From: Dickeya dadantii NCPPB 898
Lineage (GTDB): Bacteria; Pseudomonadota; Gammaproteobacteria; Enterobacterales; Enterobacteriaceae
Assembly (NCBI RefSeq): GCF_000406145.1
Contig: NZ_CM001976.1
Coordinates: 3,155,213-3,187,212, forward strand
DNA: 32,000 nt
Reading direction: 5' to 3'
Positions 7,663-16,290 of the stretch are shown here, piece by piece; position 1 is the stretch's first letter, and every line of letters begins with the position of its first letter. The notes below the pieces were generated by a model that saw only the letters and a program-made list of their open reading frames with translations, had not been told where the DNA came from and made no database searches. The position numbers and the translations under genes are program-made.

Positions 7663-10311
7663 TCAGCCCGCCCGGCGTAATGTATCCGGCGTGGCATACT
7701 GTTGCAGCAACGCCTTCAGTTCCGGCACGCAGGACCCGCAATTGGTCCCGCATTGTAGTTGTTCGCCCAGTTTCGCCACGCTGTGGCACCCCTGACGGAT
7801 CGCATCGATAATGCGCTGTTCTCCCACCGCGAAGCAGCTGCAAATGGTCGCCCCCTGCGGCGCTTCGCCCTGCGGCGCGCATCCGGCCAGCAGCGCCAGC
7901 CGATCCGACGTCTGCTGCGGCGGCGAGGCAAACGCCGCCAGGATCGTTTCACGCTCCAGCACAGGCCGGCGAACGTCGACATACAGCGCCACCGCCACCT
8001 GCCCCGACAGCCAGCCAACCGCGTGAAACAGGCCGCCGTCGCCCTGCGCCTGTTGATAGTCGACGCCGTCCAGTCCGTACTGCCGGGCCAACCAGTCGAG
8101 CCAGCGATCCGGCGTCTGTTCGCCGGCGATGGTGTAATGAGACACACCGTCGGCGGCAATGCGGCTCCAGTAGCCGCAATCCGGCGCCGTCACATCGCCG
8201 CGCACAAACAGTTCGCCGAACCAGGCGGCGGGCCAGCGTTGGATACGCACCCGCGCCTGCTTGCTTTCCGGCTGACCGGAATAGGGGTCGGTCACCGCCG
8301 CCACCAGGCTGTCTGCCCGCGCCTGCGCGCTGAACTGCCGGTTCCAGTGCATTGGGACAAAGATACTGCCGCGCTGCTGCCCGCGCTGGACCTGCGCCCG
8401 CGCCAGCATCCAGCCCGACTCGGCGCTGATGCGCACCAGTTCGCCGTCGTGAACGCCGGCATTGAGCGCATCCTGCGGATGGAGGTCGCAATAGGGCTCC
8501 GGCAGATGGCGCATCAGGCGAGGCGCCTTGCCGGTACGGGTCATGGTATGCCACTGATCGCGCACCCGGCCGGTGTTGAGCACCAGCGGATACGCGGGCG
8601 ACGGCGGATTGACAGGCAGTTGCGGCGTGATCGCCAGCAGCCGCGCCTTACCATCCGGATGCCAGCAGCGACCGTCGGTATACAACCGCCTGGTGCCGTC
8701 GCCAGCGTTGGCGGTCACCGGCCACTGCACCGGTGTGAGTTGCTGCCATTGTTCATCGCTAAGCGTCGCCAGCGCGCTGATGTTGAACGCACGCTGTTCC
8801 TGATTCTCGAAACCGGACAAGGCGGCGTGTTCGCGGAAGATTTGCGCCGGGTGGCGATAATCAAACGCCTCGCCAAACCCCATACGCGTGGCGACCTGCG
8901 ACACAATCCACCAGTCTGCTTTCGCCTCGCCCGGCGCAGGCAAGAACGCGCGTTGGCGGGAAATACGCCGTTCGGAATTGGTGACCGTGCCGTCTTTTTC
9001 TCCCCACGCCAATGCCGGTAACAGGATATGGGCGCATTCGGTGGTATCGGTATGGCGCATCACATCAGAGACAATCACCAGCGGGCAGCGCAACAACGCC
9101 TGCCGCACCCGATCGGCCTCCGGCATTGACACCACCGGGTTGGTCCCCATGATCCACACCGCCTTCACCTGCCCGGCTTCGATGGCGCGGAACAAGTCCA
9201 CCGCCATCAGCCCCGGTGCCGAAGCCACCCGGTCGCTGCCCCAGAAGCGGCCAACCCGCGCCACCTCTGGCGGGCTGAACCCCATGTGCGCCGCCAGTTG
9301 GTTCGCCAACCCGCCCACTTCCCGGCCCCCCATAGCATTCGGCTGACCGGTAATCGAAAACGGGCCGCACCCTGCACGACCGATACGGCCGCTGAACAGA
9401 TGCACGTTGATAATCGCGTTGCATTTGTCGCTACCGGAAGCAGACTGGTTAATCCCCTGCGAGTAGAGCGTGACTACCTTGCCGGTCTCACTGAACCACT
9501 GGTAAAAACGAGTGATGTCCTCGTGTCGTAACCGGCAGAATTCCGCCACCTGTTCTACCGTCCACTCATCGGCCGCCGCCAGCGCCGCTTCCACACCGCT
9601 AAGCGCGTCAGGTGGCGGCGCGGATTGCTGCGCCAGCCAGTGCAGCAATCCGTTAAACAACCCGGCATCGCTGCCGGGTGCCAACGGCAGATGTAAATCT
9701 GCCGCATCGCAAGTAGCGGTATGACGCGGGTCCACCACCACGACCTTCATGTGCGGACGCTGTTGTTTGGCCTGCATCAACCGCTGATACACCACCGGGT
9801 GCGCCCAGGCGGTATTGGAGCCGACCAGCACCACCAGATCCGCCTGTTCGATGTCTTCATAGTTACCCGGCACCGCATCAGCACCCAACGCCCGTTTGTA
9901 GCCGATGACCGCTGAGGCCATGCACAGCCGGGAATTGGTATCCATGTTGGCGCTGCCAATGAATCCTTTCATCAGCTTGTTGGCGACGTAATAGTCTTCG
10001 GTCAGTAATTGCCCCGAGCCGTAAAACGCCACCGCCTGCGGGCCGTGCTGCGCAATAATATCGCCGAGCGATTGCGCGACCCGGTCCAGCGCCTGATCCC
10101 AACTGACGCGCTGCCCGTCTACCAGCGGCCATAACAACCGCCCTTGTAGACTCAGCGTGTCGCCGAGCGCTGAACCTTTGACGCACAACCGTCCCTGATT
10201 CGCCGGGTGCTGGCTGTCGCCTTTTATGGTCACCCTCCCGTCCGGTTGCGCCGTGGCAATCACGCCGCAACCCACGCCGCAATAAGGACAAGTGGTGCGA
10301 CAGTCGGTCAT
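7663..10311 (-). CDS. nasA: Assimilatory nitrate reductase catalytic subunit (molybdopterin enzyme with a C-terminal BFD-like 2Fe-2S domain)
   Basis: 882-aa ORF. It has an N-terminal CPYCGVGCGV 4Fe-4S motif, a molybdopterin oxidoreductase body, and a C-terminal CSCFAVGEQRIIDAIRQGC...CGTNCGSCVPELK. The start overlaps the upstream stop (ATGA at 10308..10311). Confidence 0.9.
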   Translation of the reverse strand: MTDCRTTCPYCGVGCGVIATAQPDGRVTIKGDSQHPANQGRLCVKGSALGDTLSLQGRLLWPLVDGQRVSWDQALDRVAQSLGDIIAQHGPQAVAFYGSGQLLTEDYYVANKLMKGFIGSANMDTNSRLCMASAVIGYKRALGADAVPGNYEDIEQADLVVLVGSNTAWAHPVVYQRLMQAKQQRPHMKVVVVDPRHTATCDAADLHLPLAPGSDAGLFNGLLHWLAQQSAPPPDALSGVEAALAAADEWTVEQVAEFCRLRHEDITRFYQWFSETGKVVTLYSQGINQSASGSDKCNAIINVHLFSGRIGRAGCGPFSITGQPNAMGGREVGGLANQLAAHMGFSPPEVARVGRFWGSDRVASAPGLMAVDLFRAIEAGQVKAVWIMGTNPVVSMPEADRVRQALLRCPLVIVSDVMRHTDTTECAHILLPALAWGEKDGTVTNSERRISRQRAFLPAPGEAKADWWIVSQVATRMGFGEAFDYRHPAQIFREHAALSGFENQEQRAFNISALATLSDEQWQQLTPVQWPVTANAGDGTRRLYTDGRCWHPDGKARLLAITPQLPVNPPSPAYPLVLNTGRVRDQWHTMTRTGKAPRLMRHLPEPYCDLHPQDALNAGVHDGELVRISAESGWMLARAQVQRGQQRGSIFVPMHWNRQFSAQARADSLVAAVTDPYSGQPESKQARVRIQRWPAAWFGELFVRGDVTAPDCGYWSRIAADGVSHYTIAGEQTPDRWLDWLARQYGLDGVDYQQAQGDGGLFHAVGWLSGQVAVALYVDVRRPVLERETILAAFASPPQQTSDRLALLAGCAPQGEAPQGATICSCFAVGEQRIIDAIRQGCHSVAKLGEQLQCGTNCGSCVPELKALLQQYATPDTLRRAG

Positions 10312-13300
10312 AACGCCTCCGCCATGTCGGTCGATATCACCTTACTCGGTTCATCAGCCACCCAGATACGATCCTGAACAACACGTACCGGCCAGACGCG
10401 TACCCGCAACTGACTGTCATCCGGGCTGACACCATCACACAAGCGCAAACGTTTTTTGTACAACGGCGAAATCACCACCGGCTCACCGGCCACGTCGCCG
10501 ACAATGCCACGCGACAGCACGTTAGCACCGCTTCCCGGCTCCAGGTTATCGAGCGCGAACACGCGTGCCGCCTGGCCCGGTTGCGACGCCGGGAGATGGA
10601 ACAACGCCACCTGGCGATGTCCGACTCGGGCTGCCATCCCCGCATTCGCCGGGATATCGCTGAGGAAACCGACGCACTGCCAGCCATCGGCCCCGAGGGT
10701 CTCGGATACGGTGATCGGTTTTTTCTCTTCCTGACGCGCCGGGCGAATCTGACCACGTTCGGGGACCATCACCACCGCCTCATCCGGGGTATCGCTGTTG
10801 AGGAAGGCGCGGAACAATGCCCGATTTTCGTCATGCGCCAGTGTGGTTTGCCACTCGCACTGGTAGCTGTCGACAACATGGCGCATCTCGCTTTCCAGCT
10901 CATCGGCAATCCCCAGGCTGTCGTCGATCACCACCTGACGCAGGTAATCAACGCCGCCTTCCAGATTATCCAGCCACACACTGGTACGCTGGAGCCGGTC
11001 TGCGGTACGGATGTAAAACATCAGCAGGCGGTCGATAAACCGGAATAGCATCTCGGTATCCAGATCGCTGGCGAACAGGTCAGCATGACGCGGTTTCATA
11101 CCACCATTACCGCACACGTACAGGTTCCAGCCTTTGTCGGTGGCAATCACACCGATGTCTTTACCCTGCGCTTCGGCGCATTCGCGGGTACAACCGGAAA
11201 CCGCCATCTTGAGCTTATGCGGTGAGCGCAACCCTTTGTAACGGTGCTCCAGCGCAATCGCCAGCCCAGTGGAATCCTGCACGCCATAGCGGCACCAGGT
11301 TGACCCTACGCAGGATTTCACCGTACGCAGCGACTTGCCGTAGGCATGACCGGTTTCAAAACCGGCGTCGATCAGTTCCTGCCAGATAGCCGGCAGTTGT
11401 TCCAGCCGCGCACCGAACAGGTCGACGCGCTGACCGCCGGTAATTTTGGTGTACAGGTGGTAGCGTTCAGCCACCTGGCCGATGGCGATCAGCCCCTGCG
11501 GGGTGATCTCGCCGCCGGGAATACGCGGCACCACCGAGTAAGTGCCATCTTTCTGGATATTGGCCAGGAAACGGTCGTTGGTATCCTGCAACGGTACGTG
11601 TTCGGGCTTCAGTACATAGTCGTTCCAGCAGGACGCCAGCATCGACCCGGCCAGCGGTTTACAGATTTCACAACCCAGCCCATGACCGTGGCGGGCGATC
11701 AGTTCGTCAAAACTGCGGATGCGGTTGACGCGGATCAGGTGGTACAGCTCCTGGCGCGAATAGGCGAAATGCTCGCAGATGTCTTTTTTTACCTCGATGC
11801 CCGACTGCTGCAACTGGTACTCCATCACCTGCTTGAGCAGCGGTACGCAGCCGCCGCAGCCGGTGCCCGCTTTAGTACAAGCTTTGAGCGACGCCAAATC
11901 AGTGCAGCCGTTGTCCACCGCCGCACAGATATCCGCTTTGCTGACGTTGTGGCAGGAGCAGATCTGCGCGCTGTCCGGCAACGCCGCCACCCCCAGCCCT
12001 TTCGGCGCCGCGCCGTCCAGCGCGGGCAGAATCAGGCTTTCCGGGTGCGCAGGCAAGGTCATGTCGTTGAGCTTCATCTGCAACAGCGTGCTGTAATCGC
12101 TGCTGTCGCCCACCAGCACCGCCCCCAGCAGCCGTTTGCCGTCCGCCGACACAATGATTTTTTTATAGACCTGATTCGGTTCGTCGTTCCACTGATAGCT
12201 CAGGCTGCCCTCGGTTTTACCGTGGGCATCGCCGATCGAGGCCACGTCCACACCCAGCAGCTTGAGCTTGGTGCTCATGTCGGCCCCGATGAACGTTTGC
12301 TCCTGCTGCGCCAGCCGGGCGGCGACGGTGCGCGCCATCTGGTAGCCCGGTGCCACCAGCCCAAATATCTGCCCTTGCCATACCGCACACTCGCCGATGG
12401 CGAAGATAGCGTCATCCGAGGTCTGGCAATGATCGTCAATCACGATACCGCCGCGCACGCCTATCTCCAGCCCGGCCTCACTCGCCAACCGAACGCGTGG
12501 GCGAATACCGGCGGAAAACAGTATCAGATCGGTTTCCAGCGACGTGCCATCGGCGAAGTTCATGCGGTGACGCGCCTGCTCGCCTGCCGTAATGGCGATC
12601 GTTTCTTTGCTGGTGTGCACATGCAGGTTCAACGCTTCGATTTTGCGCCGGAGCAACTGTGCGCCGCCATCATCCAGTTGCACCGCCATCAACCGGGGTG
12701 CGAACTCTACCACATGAGTCTCCAGCCCCAGTTGGCGCAGCGCATTGGCCGCCTCCAGCCCCAGCAGACCGCCGCCCACCACCACGCCGCTGCGCGATTC
12801 GCGCGCTTGGTCGGCAATCGCATCCAGATTATCCAACGTGCGATATACCAGACAGCCGGGGCGATCATTGCCTTTGATCGGTGGTACAAACGCATAGGAG
12901 CCGGTTGCAAGCACCAGGCGATCGTAAGGTGTTTCCTGACCATTCGCGTCGCGCACACAGCGGCGCTGGCGATCGATTGTCATCACCTGACAACCGGTAC
13001 GCAGCTCAATACCGGTCTGCTCGAAAAAACCTTCACTAACCATCGACAGCGATTCGGCGCTGCGACCGGCAAAATACTCGGACAAATGTACCCGGTCATA
13101 GGCCGGATGGCGCTCCTCACCAAACACCACCACGTGATACTGTTGGTGCAGGTTGCGTTCCACCAGTTGCTCCAGAAAGTGGTGCCCGACCATGCCGTGC
13201 CCCACTACCACCAATACGGGTTTACTCATGACAGAAATCCTTACGGCCGAAGGCCGTATGTCTACTTCAGGAAAAGAAAGACCAAACAAAAGCGACGACG

Positions 13301-14483
13301 GTGCCGATGACAGCCTGGTCTCCATGGCCGCCAGCAGTTGCGGACTGTCGCTGACATGACCGAACAACAGCGCGCCGCATAACCGGTCGTCGCGGAATAT
13401 CAGGCGGCGATAATGGCCGCCGAGCGGGTCTGACAGCGAGTGGAGCCGATCGCCCTCCTGCGGGTGCAACTCCCCCGCGCTCACCACGTCAATCCCGGTA
13501 ACTTTTAGTCGGGTGGCCAGCGCCGCCGGCGCGTAATCCGCCACCGGCTGCTCCGCCAGCCGGGCGGCCAGCACGTCGGCCTGCGCCAGACAGGGGGCCA
13601 CCAGCCCGACCGTTTCACCCTTCACTTCAGCGCACTCGCCGACTGCGCTGACGTATTCATCGGCGGTGCGCAACTGGCCGTCCGCCAGAATGCCGCGCCC
13701 GCACGCCAGGCCGCTGTCGCGAGCCAGCTCACACACCGGTTGTACGCCGGTCGCCACCACCACCAGACCGGCGGGCAGGCGCGTGCCGTCAGCCAGTTCG
13801 ACCGCCTCCACCTGCTTGCCGCCGGACAATTCATTACCGGACAATTCGTTACCGGATAATGCCTGAATCTGCACGCCGGTCAGGCAACGGATACCGCGCT
13901 CATGCAGCCGGGTGCACAGCAGGCCGCTGGCGGTGGCGTCAAGCTGACGCTCCATCAGCCGGGCGTGGCGGTGCAGTAGCGTCACCGTGGCGCCTTGCAG
14001 GCGCAGCGCGGCGGCGGCTTCAATGCCCAGTAATCCGCCGCCGATCACCACCACCGGCTTTCCCTGCCGCACCGCCGCCCACATCCGCTCAACGTCATCC
14101 AGCGTACGAAAGCCCATCACGCCCGGCAGGTCGATGCCCGGCAGCGGCGGCATAAACGGGCGGGAACCGGTGGCGAACACCAGTTGGTCATACGCCAGAC
14201 GACGGCGATCGGTGATCACTTCCCGCGCGGATCTGTCGATACGCAATACCGACTCGCCGGTCAGGGTGGTCACGTCCATGGTTTCCGGCGCCGGTTCTAG
14301 CTGCGTGTCCTTAAAGCTTTTCTCTCCCCCCAGCACCGACGAAAGCAGCACGCGGTTATAGCTGTCGCGCGGCTCGCGATCGATGACGGTGACGCGGTAG
14401 CGTTGCGGTGCCAGTTGCCCCAGTCTCTTTACCAGCCGGACGCTGGACAGACCGTTGCCGATAATCACCAGATGCGCGCTCAT
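10308..14483 (-). CDS. nasB: Single 1391-codon ORF: NasC-like FAD/NAD(P) oxidoreductase module joined in frame to a NirB-NirD-type assimilatory nitrite reductase (NasB)
   Basis: Residues 1-418 form a pyridine-nucleotide-disulfide oxidoreductase fold (VIIGNGLSS..., VVVIGGGLLGIEAA). From the internal ATG at 13229, MSKPVLVVVGHGMVGHHFLEQL...AYDRVHLSEYF is colinear with E. coli NirB, including the BFD-like CSCHNVSKADICAAV...GCGGCVPLL and the siroheme/4Fe-4S region. The last ~110 residues are NirD-like (WQCVGFLSDIPANAGMAARV...ISPLYKKRLRLCDG). A GGGAGGAAG Shine-Dalgarno precedes the start at 14483. Confidence 0.85.
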   Translation of the reverse strand: MSAHLVIIGNGLSSVRLVKRLGQLAPQRYRVTVIDREPRDSYNRVLLSSVLGGEKSFKDTQLEPAPETMDVTTLTGESVLRIDRSAREVITDRRRLAYDQLVFATGSRPFMPPLPGIDLPGVMGFRTLDDVERMWAAVRQGKPVVVIGGGLLGIEAAAALRLQGATVTLLHRHARLMERQLDATASGLLCTRLHERGIRCLTGVQIQALSGNELSGNELSGGKQVEAVELADGTRLPAGLVVVATGVQPVCELARDSGLACGRGILADGQLRTADEYVSAVGECAEVKGETVGLVAPCLAQADVLAARLAEQPVADYAPAALATRLKVTGIDVVSAGELHPQEGDRLHSLSDPLGGHYRRLIFRDDRLCGALLFGHVSDSPQLLAAMETRLSSAPSSLLFGLSFPEVDIRPSAVRISVMSKPVLVVVGHGMVGHHFLEQLVERNLHQQYHVVVFGEERHPAYDRVHLSEYFAGRSAESLSMVSEGFFEQTGIELRTGCQVMTIDRQRRCVRDANGQETPYDRLVLATGSYAFVPPIKGNDRPGCLVYRTLDNLDAIADQARESRSGVVVGGGLLGLEAANALRQLGLETHVVEFAPRLMAVQLDDGGAQLLRRKIEALNLHVHTSKETIAITAGEQARHRMNFADGTSLETDLILFSAGIRPRVRLASEAGLEIGVRGGIVIDDHCQTSDDAIFAIGECAVWQGQIFGLVAPGYQMARTVAARLAQQEQTFIGADMSTKLKLLGVDVASIGDAHGKTEGSLSYQWNDEPNQVYKKIIVSADGKRLLGAVLVGDSSDYSTLLQMKLNDMTLPAHPESLILPALDGAAPKGLGVAALPDSAQICSCHNVSKADICAAVDNGCTDLASLKACTKAGTGCGGCVPLLKQVMEYQLQQSGIEVKKDICEHFAYSRQELYHLIRVNRIRSFDELIARHGHGLGCEICKPLAGSMLASCWNDYVLKPEHVPLQDTNDRFLANIQKDGTYSVVPRIPGGEITPQGLIAIGQVAERYHLYTKITGGQRVDLFGARLEQLPAIWQELIDAGFETGHAYGKSLRTVKSCVGSTWCRYGVQDSTGLAIALEHRYKGLRSPHKLKMAVSGCTRECAEAQGKDIGVIATDKGWNLYVCGNGGMKPRHADLFASDLDTEMLFRFIDRLLMFYIRTADRLQRTSVWLDNLEGGVDYLRQVVIDDSLGIADELESEMRHVVDSYQCEWQTTLAHDENRALFRAFLNSDTPDEAVVMVPERGQIRPARQEEKKPITVSETLGADGWQCVGFLSDIPANAGMAARVGHRQVALFHLPASQPGQAARVFALDNLEPGSGANVLSRGIVGDVAGEPVVISPLYKKRLRLCDGVSPDDSQLRVRVWPVRVVQDRIWVADEPSKVISTDMAEAL
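13822..13866 (-). repeat. 15-bp in-frame tandem duplication inside the NasC-like module
   Basis: CCGGACAATTCATTA / CCGGACAATTCGTTA / CCGGATAATGCCTGA (the third unit is degenerate). It encodes LSGNELSGNELSGG. Confidence 0.85.
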
Positions 14484-14495
14484 CGCTTCCTCCCG

Positions 14496-15290
14496 TCAGG
14501 CCGCGTGCGGCTGCTTCTCATACAGGAAATGCAGCACCTGCTGGCGGTACTGGTGATAACGCGGGTCATCCGCCAGCGCCACGCGGGAGCGCGGACGTTC
14601 CAGCGCCACCGTCATGATCTCGCCCACCGTGGCCGCCGGGCCGTTGGTCATCATCAGCACCCGGTCGGAGAGCAACACCGCTTCATCCACGTCATGGGTG
14701 ATCAGCACGATGGTGGTGTTCAGCCGCTGCTGAATTTCCATCACCGCGTCCTGCAAATGGGCGCGGGTCAGCGCGTCCAGCGCGCCGAACGGTTCGTCCA
14801 TCAGCAGCACTTTGGGTTTCATCGCCAGCGCGCGGGCGATGCCCACCCGCTGCTTCATGCCGCCGGAAATCTCGTGCGGGCGCTTGTTCAGCGCGTGCCC
14901 CATGTGCACCAAATCCAGGTTATGGACAATCCACTCGTGCATTTCCGCTTTGCCCATCTGGCCGCGGAATACCTGTTTCACCGCCAGCGCCACGTTGTCG
15001 TAGGTGGTGAGCCACGGCAGCAGCGAATGGTTCTGGAATACCACCGCCCGCTCCGGCCCCGGGCCGTCGATTTCGCGGTTGTCGCACAGCAGGCCGCCGC
15101 TGGTCGGCAGCGTCAGCCCGGCAATCAGGTTGAGCAGCGTCGATTTGCCGCAGCCGGAATGCCCGATCAAACTCAGGGTTTCCCCGGTATGGATATCGAA
15201 ACTCACGTTATCGAGCGCCACGAACGAGCCGCTGGCGGTGGAAAAACGCTGACTGACCTGCTGAATACGAATAATCGGTTGATCGCGCAT
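14496..15290 (-). CDS. nasD: Nitrate ABC transporter ATP-binding protein
   Basis: Walker A GHSGCGKST, signature ISGGMKQR and Walker B LLMDEPFGALD. I chose the ATG at 15290 (MRDQPIIRIQ) because a strong AAGGAG sits 6 nt upstream. The longest ORF would start at 15314, inside nasE. Confidence 0.85.
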   Translation of the reverse strand: MRDQPIIRIQQVSQRFSTASGSFVALDNVSFDIHTGETLSLIGHSGCGKSTLLNLIAGLTLPTSGGLLCDNREIDGPGPERAVVFQNHSLLPWLTTYDNVALAVKQVFRGQMGKAEMHEWIVHNLDLVHMGHALNKRPHEISGGMKQRVGIARALAMKPKVLLMDEPFGALDALTRAHLQDAVMEIQQRLNTTIVLITHDVDEAVLLSDRVLMMTNGPAATVGEIMTVALERPRSRVALADDPRYHQYRQQVLHFLYEKQPHAA

Positions 15291-15300
15291 ACGTTTCTCC

Positions 15301-16278
15301 TTAACGGGTTTCATAGCTGAAGCGTTTGGCCAGCAACATCAGCCCTTGCTCAAGTAACAGCCCGACCACGCCAATCACCAGAATGGCGATGATGATGTTG
15401 GGCACGTTGAGGTTGTTCCACTCGTTCCAGATCCAGAAACCGATGCCGATGCCGCCGGTCAGCATTTCCGCCGCCACGATCACCAGCCAGGCGATGCCGA
15501 TCGACAACCGCACCCCGGTCAGCACGCTCGGTAGCACCGCCGGCAGCAGGATTTTGCGCATGATGGTGAATTCGGACAGCTTCAGCACCCGCGCCACATT
15601 GAGGTAATCCTGCGGAATCTGGCGCACGCCCTCGGCGGTGTTGAGGATCATCGGCCAGATGGAGCAGATAAAAATGGTCCAGCTGGAAGCCGGCTCGGCG
15701 CGCTGGAACAGCAGCAGGCCGATAGGCAGCCACGCCAGCGGGCTGACCGGACGCAACAGCGAAATAATCGGGTTGAACATCGCCGCCATAAACCGGAAGC
15801 GGCCAATCAGGAAACCGGCGGGAATGCCCACCAGCGCCGCCAGCCCGAAACCGATGCCGACACGTTCCAGCGACGCCAGCACGTTCCAGCCGATGCCCTG
15901 ATCGTTAGGGCCGGCCACGTAAAAGGGGTCGGCAAAAATGCTCTGCGCCGCCAGCCAGGTCTGCCACGGCGTCGGGAAACCCTTGCTGCTCAGCGCCGCC
16001 ACCTGCCAGACCGCCAGCAGCAAAATCATGCCGACGCCGCCCGGTAACAGCCGGGACAGCCACTGGCTCAGGCGCGGCCGCCAGACGGCGCGCGGTAAAA
16101 CTGCTGCCGGTGTCGGCGCAGCCACGCCGGCGGTTTCAGGCAAGGCGATAACGGTGGCGTCGGTCGCAACAGCGCGATGGTCGGGCGTATCAGTACGGTA
16201 GTCCGGCGTATCAATGTGGTAGTCCGGCGTATCAGTCGGTTCCGGCACGATCGAAAGAATCTGGGCTTGCGTTTTCAT
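15301..16278 (-). CDS. nasE: Nitrate ABC transporter permease with a repeat-containing N-terminal extension
   Basis: 325-aa ORF. The C-terminal ~250 aa are a typical NrtB/NasE-type BPD permease (multiple TM helices and a conserved loop in the region ...NTAEGVRQIPQDYLNVARVLKLS). A GGAGAG Shine-Dalgarno lies right after the nasF stop. Confidence 0.85.
   Translation of the reverse strand: MKTQAQILSIVPEPTDTPDYHIDTPDYRTDTPDHRAVATDATVIALPETAGVAAPTPAAVLPRAVWRPRLSQWLSRLLPGGVGMILLLAVWQVAALSSKGFPTPWQTWLAAQSIFADPFYVAGPNDQGIGWNVLASLERVGIGFGLAALVGIPAGFLIGRFRFMAAMFNPIISLLRPVSPLAWLPIGLLLFQRAEPASSWTIFICSIWPMILNTAEGVRQIPQDYLNVARVLKLSEFTIMRKILLPAVLPSVLTGVRLSIGIAWLVIVAAEMLTGGIGIGFWIWNEWNNLNVPNIIIAILVIGVVGLLLEQGLMLLAKRFSYETR
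16177..16239 (-). repeat. 21-bp x3 in-frame tandem repeat in the nasE 5' extension
   Basis: The units are ATGGTCGGGCGTATCAGTACG / GTAGTCCGGCGTATCAATGTG / GTAGTCCGGCGTATCAGTCGG. They encode TDTPDYH-IDTPDYR-TDTPDHR. Confidence 0.85.
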
Positions 16279-16290
16279 GGTCGCTCTCCG

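Noticed and set aside
7759-9021. Long plus-strand ORFs antisense to nasA, nasB, nasD and nasF, to the RND pump and to the hydrolase (for example 7759..9021 at 420 aa, 11346..13310 at 654 aa, 14403..15320 at 305 aa, 16177..17142 at 321 aa, 22914..24182 at 422 aa, 27854..28591 at 245 aa)
   Set aside because: They lie opposite genes with unmistakable family signatures. Their translations are Arg/His/Gln/Pro-rich low-complexity strings with no motifs. Long stop-free antisense frames are expected in GC-rich coding DNA.
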